From: Spirochaetia bacterium
Lineage (GTDB): Bacteria > Spirochaetota > Spirochaetia > SZUA-6 > Bin103
NCBI GenBank assembly: GCA_965208575.1
Contig: CBDBOV010000006.1
Location: 128,001-192,000, forward strand
Length of the DNA stretch: 64,000 nucleotides
Direction: 5' to 3'
The position numbers were made by a program, and so were the translations under genes. Of the stretch, positions 10,241-20,821 are shown piece by piece (the first letter of the stretch is position 1; each line of letters begins with the position of its first letter). Below the pieces are notes generated by a model. It saw only the letters and a list, made by a program, of their open reading frames with translations, was not told the origin of the DNA and did not search any database.

Positions 10241-12322
10241 CTAGCCTGACCTTCCTACTTATCCCGTTGATTTGACCGCGGGATTCTCTGGTTCATCCAG
10301 ATAAGTTGTTACCATGAAACAAGATAGGTTCACGGAAGTGGACTCTCCTCTTGAGAGGATCAGTGTATACACTGAATATATCGAGCGCCGTGCCGGACAG
10401 CTTCCTCAATACTACTCGAAGTATCCCCTCTTCGATCCTTCCGACCCACTCACGCCGGTTCTCCTTGACTGTCTCCGTACTAAGTGTATACACTGATTGC
10501 AGTGGCCACCCTCCAGAAAAAGGTCTCCCGCGGGCACACCTACTGGCAGATCGTCGAGTCCAGACGCGTCAACGGCAAACCACGTCCCATCGTCCTCGAA
10601 CATCTCGGCAGCGCAGAGAAGTTGCTCCAGCGCCTCCGTGAGGCTCCCACCCGACCGGCAAAGGCGAAGGTCATTCAGTTCGGTGCGTTGGCCGCGCTCT
10701 GGCAGATCGCCCAAGAGTTGGATGTGGTGGGCCTTATCGATACCCAGGTCCCCAAGCGAGACCAAGGACTGTCCTGCGGACAGTATCTGCTGGTGGCGGC
10801 GCTGAACCGTTGTGTGGCCGCCTCCAGCAAGGCTTCTCTGTACCAGTGGTATCGACGCACGGTGTTGAATCGGCTGCTCCCCGCTGCACAGCGCTCGCTC
10901 GCCAGTCAGCGATTCTGGGATCACATGAACATGCTCGACAGCGCTGCCATCGGCGCGATTGAGCAACAACTGGCGCAGCGGGTGATCGACCACTACCGGA
11001 TCGATCTGCGACCGCTCATCTTCGATGCGACCAACTTCGATACGTTCATCGACAGTCGCACCGTCAGTGCACTGGCACAACGTGGCCACGCGAAAAGCAA
11101 ACGCGCCGATCTGCGGATCCTGGGCTTGGCACTCCTGGTAAGCTGCGACTACCACATTCCGCTGCTCTCACACCCGTATCCGGGAAATCAGAATGACGCC
11201 GCGATGTTCTCGAGCTTGATCGAGACGCTGATCAGCCGCTGCAAGCAGTTGGCCCAGGACTGCGAAGATGTCACGCTGGTGTTCGATGGCGGCAACACCT
11301 CGAGAGCGAATATCGAGGCGCTGCAAGCCGGCCCATACCATTTCGTCACCTCCTTGACCGTGACTCAGCACGAGGATCTGCTGGCGGTTCCCGCCGGCAG
11401 GTTTCACTCCTTCACTGACCCACGGCTGGCCGGGGTGACCGCTTACCGCAGCGACAAGGTGATCTGGGGTGAGCGCCGCACCGTGGTGGTCACCAACAGT
11501 CGCCGGTTGCTGGACGGGCAGCTGGCTGGGATCAACCACGCGTTGCGCAAGAAGCGCGCTGCGTTGCGCGCCTTGCGCAGCAAGCTGGCGCGCAGCCAGC
11601 TACCGGGAGCAAAGGGCAAAGGCTACAGCAGAGCATCCTTGCAGAAGCATTTCGACACGATCACCTCGGGTCAGTACGTAAAGCAGATTCTCAAGGTTCA
11701 GATCAGCGAATCCGACGGCGTGCTCAGTTTTCGATTTCGCACCGATTGGGCAGCGTACCAGCGCTTGCAACGCCGGCGCTTGGGCAAACGCATCCTGTGC
11801 ACCGACAACGAGTCGTGGAGCGACCAGGAGATCATCTTGGCCAGCCGCGCTCAACATCACGTGGAGCGGGCGTTCAAGCAGATGAAGAATCCCCACTGGG
11901 TGAGCTTCTCGCCGACCTTCCACTGGACCGATCAGAAGCTGCGCGTACACGTGTTCTATTGTGTGTTGGCACTGCTGCTGAGTTCGCTGCTGCAACGCAA
12001 GGCGGCCGACGGCGGACAACTCCTTACCATCGAGCAACTACTGACGGAACTCAGCGGCGTGACCGAAGTGGTCAACCTCTACGCCGCGCCTGAGCCGGCC
12101 ACCAGAGGGCGCTACCGGGCTCAATACGTGCTCTCTGAACGGTCGTCCCTGCAAGACAAACTGTGCCGCCTACTTGACGTATACCGACACGCCCATCCCT
12201 GACAGCACCACGGTCAGTGTATACAAGCCCCGTCCGACAGGATAGCGAGTAACTTGCTATCCTAAAATGACTTATCCACTCAAACTACCAGCCACCCGAA
12301 ATAACTAGGAAACTCACGCTAG
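10241..12322 (+). mobile_element. IS1634-family element copy 2, complete
   Basis: Imperfect 22-bp IRs: ctagcctgaccttcctacttat (10241) and ataactaggaaactcacgctag (12301-12322); no clear target duplication. Confidence 0.9.
10484..12202 (+). CDS. IS1634-family DDE transposase
   Basis: YWQIVESRRVNGKPR, IFDATNF, RGHAKSKRADL, VFDGGN, VERAFKQMK, HVFYCVLAL; true start may be a few codons downstream. Confidence 0.92.
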   Translation: MYTLIAVATLQKKVSRGHTYWQIVESRRVNGKPRPIVLEHLGSAEKLLQRLREAPTRPAKAKVIQFGALAALWQIAQELDVVGLIDTQVPKRDQGLSCGQYLLVAALNRCVAASSKASLYQWYRRTVLNRLLPAAQRSLASQRFWDHMNMLDSAAIGAIEQQLAQRVIDHYRIDLRPLIFDATNFDTFIDSRTVSALAQRGHAKSKRADLRILGLALLVSCDYHIPLLSHPYPGNQNDAAMFSSLIETLISRCKQLAQDCEDVTLVFDGGNTSRANIEALQAGPYHFVTSLTVTQHEDLLAVPAGRFHSFTDPRLAGVTAYRSDKVIWGERRTVVVTNSRRLLDGQLAGINHALRKKRAALRALRSKLARSQLPGAKGKGYSRASLQKHFDTITSGQYVKQILKVQISESDGVLSFRFRTDWAAYQRLQRRRLGKRILCTDNESWSDQEIILASRAQHHVERAFKQMKNPHWVSFSPTFHWTDQKLRVHVFYCVLALLLSSLLQRKAADGGQLLTIEQLLTELSGVTEVVNLYAAPEPATRGRYRAQYVLSERSSLQDKLCRLLDVYRHAHP

Positions 12323-12404
12323 CCTGGAATTCGACGGATCGATGATGACGCGCCATGATGACAGTCAGCGCAGTGGCCGGTTGGCGGCGACGTTCGGTGA
12401 CCGC

Positions 12405-12970
12405 CGAGTCGTTGACAGGCGCGCCGCGCCTATGCTAGCGTGCCCCGGCTGGTATCGAGGAATGACGATGAAGCGTCACAACCACCGCCAGTGCAGTAGC
12501 CGGTTCGCGCCACCGGTGCATCATACCCCCCCCAACTCGTGTCGAACCAAGAAACAACTAACCGCTCCGGCTGATCGCCCCGGACGTGCCCCCGCGCACG
12601 CCGTCGCCTTCACCGCCGCCGTAGCTATCGGTGGCGCCGGCTCGGTCCATCGCCGAACCGGCATGCAGGCCGCCGACGCCCTTCCCGGCGACTCAGGCCG
12701 TCCCGGATCCCCGCCGACGACACCCGCAGTGTTGCCGGCCATTCAGACTGGCTGCTGCTCAGACCACCAGCACGCGTGGCGTGGTAACGCAGATCCCGAC
12801 GTAGACAGAGAGAAAATGGAGGCTCGAATGATACTCAAAGAACCGCACGCGCGCGCGGCGTGAGCCGGGGTGCACCCGGATGAGTCACACGCTGCGCGTT
12901 TTTTGGTGACTTGACTCAGTCTGGTCGCCCGCGTTGCGGGCGCGAAAAGAGATCGACACAGGAGTTATGT
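12405..12970 (+). promoter_or_regulatory. Diverged copy of the long SBP leader (promoter, putative uORF, poly-C)
   Basis: TTGACA at 12412, extended -10 TGcTAGCGT, C8 tract at 12526-12533; blocks resembling the 44279 and 49797 leaders (gttgccggNcat, ggggtgcac). Confidence 0.5.
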
Positions 12971-14788
12971 ATGCAGATTGTACAATTCACAAGGACCTTC
13001 GCGGTTGCGTTGGTCCTCGTAATGAGCGCGACCGGCCTCTGGGCCGCCGGCGCAGATGAAGAGGGGGCGGCAGCGGCCGCCGACAAGAAGTATGTGACCG
13101 ACCCCACCACCGGTAAGGAGGTGCCCGCGCCAGAGTATGGCGGGACATTCACCTGGGTCAGCCGATACCAAACAGGTCAAAACACTGACAGTTATCCCAC
13201 ACCCACCGGCGGCCTAGCTGCGGTGGGTGGTGTCGTCGAGAGGCTATCCATCGCGGACTGGGGAATAGATAGGGACGTACATCACCACATTAGTCTGGCT
13301 GTACCTCTCTGGGTCATGAAAGGGCAGCTGGCGGAAAGCTGGGAGACGCCCGACGACACAACGATAATCTTCTACATCCGCAAGGGCGTTCACTGGCACG
13401 ATACGGAGCCGATGAACGGTCGGGAGCTAACTGCCAAGGATGTGGAATACAACTGGCACCGCTATTTTGGTCTGGGCAAGTGGAGTGAATTTGGACCTGT
13501 CCAAAAATATGAGAGCCTGCCAATTGAATCGGTAACGGCTACCGACGATTGGACGGTTGTTTTTGAGCTGACGAAGCCATACCTCGGGGTGCTGTCGGTT
13601 ATCTTCAACAACTATGATCCTTATATATATCCCCCCGAGATAATCGAGGAACACGGGGACGCTAACGATTGGAGGAACGTGATCGGCACCGGTCCCTATA
13701 TGATCACTGATGTTGTCGAGGCGACCTCTGTCAGCTGGACCAAGAATCCTGACTACTGGGGCTATGACGAGAAGTTCCCGGAGAACCGCTTGCCTTATTT
13801 TGACGAGATCAGGCTCCTGATGATGGAAGATGAAGCAACACGTATTTCGGCAATGCGCACGGGTAAGATTGATTACATGGGTTTCAGTGGCGGCTCTGAA
13901 ATAAGACCCGACCAAGTAGATGGCCTCCAGAAGACCAACCCCGAACTCAAGTTTCACCCGTACCAATTTCGGTCGGACTGGACATCTTTTGCCATGAACG
14001 TACGTCAGCCGCCCTTTGACGACATCAGGGTGCGCAAGGCAATGCAGATGGCACAGGACCTCGAGACAGTCAACAATGCCTACTACAAGGGTCGGGCCAA
14101 GTGGATACCTCAGGGGGTGATAGGTGACGGCGCTGTGGATCATTTCGTGCCATTTGATGAGTGGCCCGAAGAGGTCAAGAGCGGCTATAGGTATGACCCG
14201 GAAGGGGCCGAGAAGCTGCTTGATGAGGCTGGCTACGCGCGCGGTGCGGATGGCATTAGATTCAAGACCACCCAGACGCAGTTTGGGGCGGCGTTAGGGG
14301 ACACAAGCCTTTCAGAAATAGCTGCCGACTACTGGGCTGCTATTGGCGTTGATGTAGAGGTAACAATAGCCCCCGACACCTCTGCTCATTGGCAAGCTAT
14401 GACACGTGACCATAGCTACGAAGGTATGTCATCGGCGATGTTGGGGTTCGATCATGGAGACCCCATGTGGATGATGCGCGCTTTTGGTCACTCGGAAGGA
14501 ACGATTAACATACCGGGAGTACAGGACGCGCATCTTGACAGCTTGATTGAAGCCGCCGCAGCCGCTACCACCTTGGAGGAGCAGCAGAGGCAACTGAAAG
14601 AGGCGGATGCGTACACTATTAAGAACCATTACTACGTATGGTACTTCAAAGTCCCAATGTTTAACGTGAACCAGCCGTGGCTCGTAGGTTACAATGGTGA
14701 ATTCCAGCTGGGTTGGGGGCAGCGTTATGGTCAGTTATGGGCCCGCGTATGGATTGATTCCGAGATGAAGGAAGCAATGGGTTATTAA
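12971..14788 (+). CDS. ABC transporter substrate-binding protein, family 5 (Opp/Dpp-like)
   Basis: Signal peptide, PEYGGT, LAESWE, IGTGPY, NRLPY, DIRVRKAMQMA; RBS caggag. Confidence 0.93.
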   Translation: MQIVQFTRTFAVALVLVMSATGLWAAGADEEGAAAAADKKYVTDPTTGKEVPAPEYGGTFTWVSRYQTGQNTDSYPTPTGGLAAVGGVVERLSIADWGIDRDVHHHISLAVPLWVMKGQLAESWETPDDTTIIFYIRKGVHWHDTEPMNGRELTAKDVEYNWHRYFGLGKWSEFGPVQKYESLPIESVTATDDWTVVFELTKPYLGVLSVIFNNYDPYIYPPEIIEEHGDANDWRNVIGTGPYMITDVVEATSVSWTKNPDYWGYDEKFPENRLPYFDEIRLLMMEDEATRISAMRTGKIDYMGFSGGSEIRPDQVDGLQKTNPELKFHPYQFRSDWTSFAMNVRQPPFDDIRVRKAMQMAQDLETVNNAYYKGRAKWIPQGVIGDGAVDHFVPFDEWPEEVKSGYRYDPEGAEKLLDEAGYARGADGIRFKTTQTQFGAALGDTSLSEIAADYWAAIGVDVEVTIAPDTSAHWQAMTRDHSYEGMSSAMLGFDHGDPMWMMRAFGHSEGTINIPGVQDAHLDSLIEAAAAATTLEEQQRQLKEADAYTIKNHYYVWYFKVPMFNVNQPWLVGYNGEFQLGWGQRYGQLWARVWIDSEMKEAMGY

Positions 14789-14809
14789 GTGGCTTAGCTC
14801 AGGGAAAAG

Positions 14810-14842
14810 GGGAGCTGGGAAGCGTAGGCTTCCCAGCTCCCG
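14810..14842 (+). terminator. Intercistronic stem-loop after the SBP gene
   Basis: gggagctgggaagc-gtag-gcttcccagctccc perfect stem; no U-tract, so probably an mRNA stabiliser. Confidence 0.6.
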
Positions 14843-14902
14843 ATACTCCTCAAATAATGAGAGGGGCGCTTTGTCCAGAAACGCAACCATTTGAAATTAC
14901 TC

Positions 14903-14928
14903 TGGATTCCCGCCTTCGCGGGAATGAT
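14903..14928. repeat. REP/RPE/dRS3-like palindromic element
   Basis: ctggattcccgccttcgcgggaatga matches ATTCCC-N8-GGGAAT. Confidence 0.65.
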
Positions 14929-14960
14929 GGGGGGCTCGCAATGACAAGGAGTAGTGTGAC

Positions 14961-15989
14961 ATGAGAGCCTATCTCATCAGGCGGTTATTGCTCATAATCC
15001 CCACCTTGTTTATATTGAGCATCCTGGTCTTTCTCTCGGTCCGCTTCATCCCGGGCGATGTAATAGACGCAATGGCGGCTCGGATGGATTTTGGATACGA
15101 TATTGACCGTGAAGCTCTTGAGCATATACTGGGATTAGACGTGCCTATTCATGTGCAGTATGGACGCTGGATAGGAGTGTTGCCGACCCCTGACTGGTTT
15201 ACCGGTGAGTCCCACTTCAAAGGTCTCCTTCAGGGCACCTTAGGAGAATCACTGTTTGAGCGTGGCGAATACTTCATAACCTCGCCGGCTTCAGCTCTTT
15301 CGATAGAGGAGAGGATATTACGTAAACTCCCGGTAACCATTCAGCTTGGCGTCATGGCAATCGTAATCGGGCTAGTGATAGCCCTGCCAGTCGGCATCTA
15401 CTCGGCGATTCGCCAGGATACCGCCGCCGACTACATGGGGCGCACCATCGGTATCATCGGCATGGCAGCGCCCAACTTCTGGCTGGCACTTATGGTCATG
15501 ATATACCCGGCAATCTGGTGGAACTGGTCGCCACCGATGACGTGGATTCCTTTCGTGGAAGACCCGCTGGGGAATCTCGGGGTGCTCATCATTCCCAGCC
15601 TAATTCTGGGGACCGGCATGGCTGCCGGCACAATGCGGTTGACGCGCACCATGATGCTGGAGGTGCTCAGGCAGGACTATATCAGGACGGCCTGGTCCAA
15701 GGGTCTCAAGGAGCGGGTAGTCATTATCAGACATGCCATGAAGAATGCACTCATCCCGGTAGTTACCCTGGTAGGTGGGTCTTTGCCCCTGCTGGTAGGT
15801 GGCTCAGTTATCATAGAGAGCATATTCAACCTGCCGGGGTTAGGTCGTTTCTTTCTGGAGGCACTCCGTCTTAGAGACTACCCGGTGATTTCCGGAGCAA
15901 ACCTGTTTTTCGCCGGCATAACTATGTTGGCCATTCTACTTACCGACATGATTTATCCTTATTTAGACCCCAGGGTCCGCTACAGATAG
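14961..15989 (+). CDS. ABC permease (OppB/DppB-like)
   Basis: MRAYLIRRLL, FIPGD, DYIRTAWSKGL, LDPRVRY. Confidence 0.93.
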   Translation: MRAYLIRRLLLIIPTLFILSILVFLSVRFIPGDVIDAMAARMDFGYDIDREALEHILGLDVPIHVQYGRWIGVLPTPDWFTGESHFKGLLQGTLGESLFERGEYFITSPASALSIEERILRKLPVTIQLGVMAIVIGLVIALPVGIYSAIRQDTAADYMGRTIGIIGMAAPNFWLALMVMIYPAIWWNWSPPMTWIPFVEDPLGNLGVLIIPSLILGTGMAAGTMRLTRTMMLEVLRQDYIRTAWSKGLKERVVIIRHAMKNALIPVVTLVGGSLPLLVGGSVIIESIFNLPGLGRFFLEALRLRDYPVISGANLFFAGITMLAILLTDMIYPYLDPRVRYR

Positions 15990-16007
15990 AGGGGGAAAAC
16001 CGGAAAC

Positions 16008-16940
16008 ATGAGCGACGCCATAGGGATACCTTCAGCAGTAAGTGAGCCAAAGAGACGTGCCGGGCTGGCTGCTTTCTTCATCAGGCTGGTCAAGGAGAAG
16101 CCACTGGGTACTGTCAGCGGGATTATCTTATTGATATTGATTCTTGTCGCTATCTTTGCCGATGTTTTGACCCCTTATTCATATGATGAATTACACCTGG
16201 TAGACAGGCTTCAGGGTTCATCAGCCAAGTATTTCCTGGGTACTGACCAAGTGGGGCGAGACTTCTTGAGCCGCATTATCTTTGGGGCTCGTATTTCCGT
16301 ACTTATCGGTCTGACAGTGACCACTCTTAATGTTGTGCTCAGTACCCTGATAGGCGGCATCTCAGGATTCTTTGGTGGTAAATTGGACCTGGGTGTGCAG
16401 AGATTTGTTGATACCTGGATTAGTTTCCCGGGACTGCTCCTGTTGTTAACCGTAATGTCCATAGTGGGAAGGGGTTTGCCACAGATAATACTGGTTCTGG
16501 GGATATCAGGAGGCATCGCCGGCAGTAGAGTAATCCGAAGCGCCGTCATTGGCATTAAAGAGAATGTGTATTTTGAGGCGGCTGAGGCGATTGGCAGCTC
16601 AAGATTGAGACCATTTCTGCGACATGTCGTGCCCAATCTTATGCCTATCATAATCATTTCATTCAGCATGCGTATAGGAGACGTAATCCTGACTTTGGCT
16701 TCTCTGGGCTTCCTCGGATTCGGTCTGCCTCCCGGGATTCCTGATTGGGGTGGTCTGCTCAGCCAGGAAGGACGTAGGTTCATGGATATAGCGCCACACC
16801 TGGCTCTCTGGCCGGGTCTTGCCCTGACGATTACCGTTTGGAGTCTAAACATGTTCGGCGATGCCGTCCGGGACCTGCTTGACCCGAGGCTGAGGGGCGG
16901 TGGCGGTGGTCTCGGTGCCGGAGCCGCCGGGTCGGTTTAA
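16008..16940 (+). CDS. ABC permease (OppC/DppC-like)
   Basis: LGTDQVGRD, RHVVPN, FGDAVRDLLDPR. Confidence 0.93.
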   Translation: MSDAIGIPSAVSEPKRRAGLAAFFIRLVKEKPLGTVSGIILLILILVAIFADVLTPYSYDELHLVDRLQGSSAKYFLGTDQVGRDFLSRIIFGARISVLIGLTVTTLNVVLSTLIGGISGFFGGKLDLGVQRFVDTWISFPGLLLLLTVMSIVGRGLPQIILVLGISGGIAGSRVIRSAVIGIKENVYFEAAEAIGSSRLRPFLRHVVPNLMPIIIISFSMRIGDVILTLASLGFLGFGLPPGIPDWGGLLSQEGRRFMDIAPHLALWPGLALTITVWSLNMFGDAVRDLLDPRLRGGGGGLGAGAAGSV

Positions 16941-17117
16941 GAGAGCCATCATGGGTCTCCCAGTACGGATGCGCGCCTGCGGCGGCCGAGGTGGCCACGC
17001 GCGCCTGCACATCTCGGCCGTCCGACCGACCGTAGACGGTCCCCTTCATTGATGACCCGCAGGTCTTTCGGCGGTACGAGATCGGTGATTTCGATGTTCG
17101 TGCCGCGATCAGCCACT

Positions 17118-17336
17118 CTACATCCCGCGGATGAGTGCGACCGCGTGCAATTCCTGGGTGTCGTTGTCTTCTTCCACTATCCCCAACGACCTGCCCTTGG
17201 TCGTTTCCCGCTCGACCAACACGAGCACTGCGAGCGCACGGCGCACCGCCTCCGGCTTGCTGACCCGGTTCCTCGTCGCGAAACTCGTCAACACCTCATC
17301 GAAGCTGTGCGACAGTTCCAGGGTCATACGGCGCAT
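17118..17336 (-). CDS. Small ribbon-helix-helix/CopG-like protein
   Basis: MRRMTLEL...SKPEAVRRAL; RBS gggagg. Confidence 0.7.
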   Translation of the reverse strand: MRRMTLELSHSFDEVLTSFATRNRVSKPEAVRRALAVLVLVERETTKGRSLGIVEEDNDTQELHAVALIRGM

Positions 17337-17594
17337 GGCAGTACCTCCCAATAGAGCACCCGTGAGAGCGGCGCGCCAACATGCTACAGGAGTGCCGCCG
17401 GCATCGTCAAACTCCGGAAGCCTCGACGGCCTCGACCCGGAGCCTCTCGAAGAGCGCCGCCGCACACCTGTCATGACGGCGCCGTGGACGCGGCTGAACG
17501 AGCTTGACGGCATGCCGAGGCAGTGTAAGTATCGGTCACGGGTATCGTTGGCGCCGGGCAGGTTCCGGCGTCCCTTCAAGAACAGGAGGTCAGT

Positions 17595-19631
17595 ATGACT
17601 CGATCAATGACTCGATCAATGAGAGGAGCCGCGTGGTGTGCGCTCTTCATGGCAGCGGCCATCCTGCCGGGAGCGGTGTTTGCCGCGGGCGCGGAGGACA
17701 CCGCGGCGGCGCCCGAGGCGGCAGCGGAGGGCGCATACAACTACGAACATGAGTTCGGCACCTACCACTGGGTCACTCCGGGGGCGTTCACGCAGGCGAC
17801 CGGCCAGACCGTGGGGGACTACACGGAGGCGCCGCAACTGGCGCAGTTGGTGAGCGAGGGCAAGCTGCCGCCGGTCGACGAGCGGCTGCCGCTGGAGCCG
17901 CTGGTGCTGGGGCGCGAGATCGGCACCTACGGCGGCACCCTGCACGTGGGCGGCGGCCACTTCGCCGCATTCCAGTACGCGGGCACCCCGTACAGCAACT
18001 ACGGCGTGGGACTCGCCGAGCACACCTGGACCGCCGGCACCTATCCGAACCTGGTGAAGGGCTGGGACGTGGAAGACGGCGGCAGGAAGTACACCCTGCA
18101 CCTGCGCGAAGGCCTGCGCTACTCGGACGGCGAGCCATTCACGGCGGACGACATCATGTTCTGGTGGGAGCACATCGTACCGACCAATCCCACCTTCCCC
18201 GACCTGTTCACGCGCATCATCATCTCCACCGGCCTGTACGACAACGTGGTCAAGATCGACGACCACACGGTGCGCGTCGAGTACAGCAAGCCGTCCGACA
18301 ACCTGTTCTGGGTGCACTTCGGCAAGGCGGTACCCGCCCACCAGAAGAAGTACTTCAGCCAGTTCCACCCCGAGTTCCGGGACAAGGACGAGCTGGACGC
18401 ACTGGTGAAGGAGGCGGGGTTCAGCAACTGGATCGAGCTCTACGAGCACAAGCTGGACATCCGCGGCAACGCCAACCCCGAACGCCCCATCCTGCTGGCG
18501 TGGGCGCTGAAGCAGGTGCCGCCCGGCGACTACATCCTGGAGCGCAACCCCTACTTCTGGGCGGTTGACCCGGCCGGCCAGCAGCTCCCCTATCTCGACC
18601 GCATCTACTACTTCGCCGGGCTGGAACCGGAGGTGCGCAACCTGAAGGCGCAGGCGGGCGAGCTGGACTTCGCCGACGTGCCGATGGACACCTACCGGCT
18701 GATCAAGGAGAAGGAGTCGGAGGGCAAGATCCGCGGCCAGCGCATGGCCGGCGTGGGCCTGAACTCGGCGCAGCTCAGCTTCAACCTGAACCATAGGGAT
18801 CCGGCGGTGCGGGAGATCTTCATGGACAAGCGGTTCCGGATCGCCGCCTCGCACGCGCTCAACCGCGAGCGCATCAGCGAGCTGGTGTTCCTGGGACTGG
18901 TGCCGCCGTGGCAGGTCGCCTCGCACGCGGGCAGCGACTACTACCACGAGCGCATGGCGCACTCCTACATCGAGTACGATCCGGACAAGACGAGGGCGAT
19001 GTTCGACGAGATCGGCCTGCCGGTCGGCGATGACGGCTTCCGCAGGCGGCTCGACGGCGAGAAGCTGCAGATCAACCTGCTCACCTGGGACAACGCGCGG
19101 CTGCAGTCGGCCAGGATCGCGGAGATGATGGCCGAGGATCTGCAGGCGGTCGGCCTGGACGTCAACCTGAAGGTCATGGAGAGCAGCGTGGTGCGGCAGA
19201 CCACCACCGCGAACGACCAGGACGCGGTGATGGTGCCGGGCGCCTGGACCACCATCGAGGGCGGCTTCTGGCTGGGCAACTCGGCCACCGCGTTCGTGCC
19301 GGTGCACACCAACGGCAGCATGCACGCCCAACTCTGGTACGAGTGGTACGAGTCGTTCGGCGAGAAGGGCGAGCGACCGCCGCCGGAAATGGAGCAGGTG
19401 ATGGAGTGGTACCGCGAGGGCCTGGGCACCATCGACGCCGCCGAGCGCAAGGATATCTGGTTCCGGATGGTCGACGTGGCCGCCGACAACCTGTGGGTCA
19501 TCGGCACGGTGCAGCACCCGGGCTACTTCAAGGTGATCAACACCAAGCTCGCCAACTACCCGGAGGACACCCTGCCGTGGGACCGGGGCGGCGACAAGGG
19601 GCGCCCCGAGATCTGGTTCTACCGCGAGTAG
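17595..19631 (+). CDS. ABC substrate-binding protein, family 5
   Basis: KLPPVDERLP, GTYGG, LREGLRYSDG, QQLPYLD, RFRIAASHALNR; start ambiguous because of a 12-bp atgactcgatca tandem repeat. Confidence 0.93.
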   Translation: MTRSMTRSMRGAAWCALFMAAAILPGAVFAAGAEDTAAAPEAAAEGAYNYEHEFGTYHWVTPGAFTQATGQTVGDYTEAPQLAQLVSEGKLPPVDERLPLEPLVLGREIGTYGGTLHVGGGHFAAFQYAGTPYSNYGVGLAEHTWTAGTYPNLVKGWDVEDGGRKYTLHLREGLRYSDGEPFTADDIMFWWEHIVPTNPTFPDLFTRIIISTGLYDNVVKIDDHTVRVEYSKPSDNLFWVHFGKAVPAHQKKYFSQFHPEFRDKDELDALVKEAGFSNWIELYEHKLDIRGNANPERPILLAWALKQVPPGDYILERNPYFWAVDPAGQQLPYLDRIYYFAGLEPEVRNLKAQAGELDFADVPMDTYRLIKEKESEGKIRGQRMAGVGLNSAQLSFNLNHRDPAVREIFMDKRFRIAASHALNRERISELVFLGLVPPWQVASHAGSDYYHERMAHSYIEYDPDKTRAMFDEIGLPVGDDGFRRRLDGEKLQINLLTWDNARLQSARIAEMMAEDLQAVGLDVNLKVMESSVVRQTTTANDQDAVMVPGAWTTIEGGFWLGNSATAFVPVHTNGSMHAQLWYEWYESFGEKGERPPPEMEQVMEWYREGLGTIDAAERKDIWFRMVDVAADNLWVIGTVQHPGYFKVINTKLANYPEDTLPWDRGGDKGRPEIWFYRE

Positions 19632-19834
19632 CGAGTGGAAGGGCTGACGCGTCCGCGGCGAGAGCCCGGGCGCGGTCGGCAGCCCGCGGCGGAACCCGGC
19701 GTCGCACCGAGAGCGCCGCATGCAATGCAGCCGGAGCTTCGCCACGGGCTGCGGAGAAGCCTGAGGCCGGCCGGCGGACGGTGGGCGTGCTGCCAGCCGC
19801 CGCCCGCCGGCCGCCACTGGCCTGAGCGCCGATC

Positions 19835-20821
19835 ATGACCGAATACCTGATTCGCCGCCTGCTGCTGATCGTCCCGGTCCTGCTGCTCATCTCGGTGCTC
19901 GCCTTCATCGTGATGGAGGCGCCGCCGGGCGACTTCGTCACCTCCTACATGATGCGGCAGGCGGAGGCGGGCGCCCTGTTCGACGGCGCCGGCGTCGAGG
20001 AGGGGCTGCGCGCGATGTGGGGGCTGGACAAGCCGTGGTACGTGCGCTACCTGCGCTGGCTCGGCAACCTGGCCCGCGGCGACCTGGGCTACTCGCTGTT
20101 CTGGCAGGCGCCGGTGGACGAGATCATCGCCTCGCGCTTCATCCTCAGCATGACGGTGGCGCTCGCCGCAACCGTGCTGGTGTGGGTGATCGCGTTCCCG
20201 ATCGGCATCTACTCGGCCACCCGGCAATACTCCCTGTCCGACAACGCCGTCACCTTCGTCGGCTTCCTCGGGCTCTCCATCCCCAATTTCCTGCTGGCGC
20301 TGATCATGATGTATCTCGCCAACCGCTTCCTGAACATTTCGATCGGCGGCCTGTTCTCGCAGAAGTACGTCACCGCCGAGTGGAGCTGGGGAAAGCTGCT
20401 CGACTTCCTCGGACACCTGTGGGTGCCGATCATCGTGATCGGGGTGGCCGGCACCGCCGGGCTGATCCGGATTCTGCGCGCCAACCTGCTGGACGAGATC
20501 AGCAAGTCGTACGTGGAGATGGCGCGCGCCAAGGGGCTGCGCGAGACCGTGCTGATCATGAAGTACCCGGTGCGCATCGCCATCAACCCGTTCATCTCGT
20601 CGATCGGCTGGGTGCTTCCCGGCATGATCTCCGGCGACGTGATCGTGTCGGTGGTGCTCGGCCTGCCCACCGCCGGGCCGCTGTTCCTGCAGGCGCTGCG
20701 GCAGCAGGACATGATGCTGGCCGGCGCCTACATCATGCTGATCTCGGTGTGCACGGTGGTCGGAATCCTGCTGTCGGACATCCTGCTGGCCGTGGTCGAT
20801 CCGCGCATCAGGTACCATTAG
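19835..20821 (+). CDS. ABC permease (OppB-like)
   Basis: APPGDF, ARAKGL, VDPRIRY. Confidence 0.93.
   Translation: MTEYLIRRLLLIVPVLLLISVLAFIVMEAPPGDFVTSYMMRQAEAGALFDGAGVEEGLRAMWGLDKPWYVRYLRWLGNLARGDLGYSLFWQAPVDEIIASRFILSMTVALAATVLVWVIAFPIGIYSATRQYSLSDNAVTFVGFLGLSIPNFLLALIMMYLANRFLNISIGGLFSQKYVTAEWSWGKLLDFLGHLWVPIIVIGVAGTAGLIRILRANLLDEISKSYVEMARAKGLRETVLIMKYPVRIAINPFISSIGWVLPGMISGDVIVSVVLGLPTAGPLFLQALRQQDMMLAGAYIMLISVCTVVGILLSDILLAVVDPRIRYH

Noticed and set aside
12342-12863. 173-aa ORF upstream of the first SBP as a real protein
   Set aside because: Low-complexity, overlaps the promoter, and the frame is not kept in the other leader copies; only its MKRH...PP segment is retained as a possible uORF
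17616-19817. Long antisense or alternate-frame ORFs (e.g. 17616-19817, 24039-25760, 52581-54218, 32988-34838)
   Set aside because: Shadow ORFs of high-GC genes with no recognisable motifs
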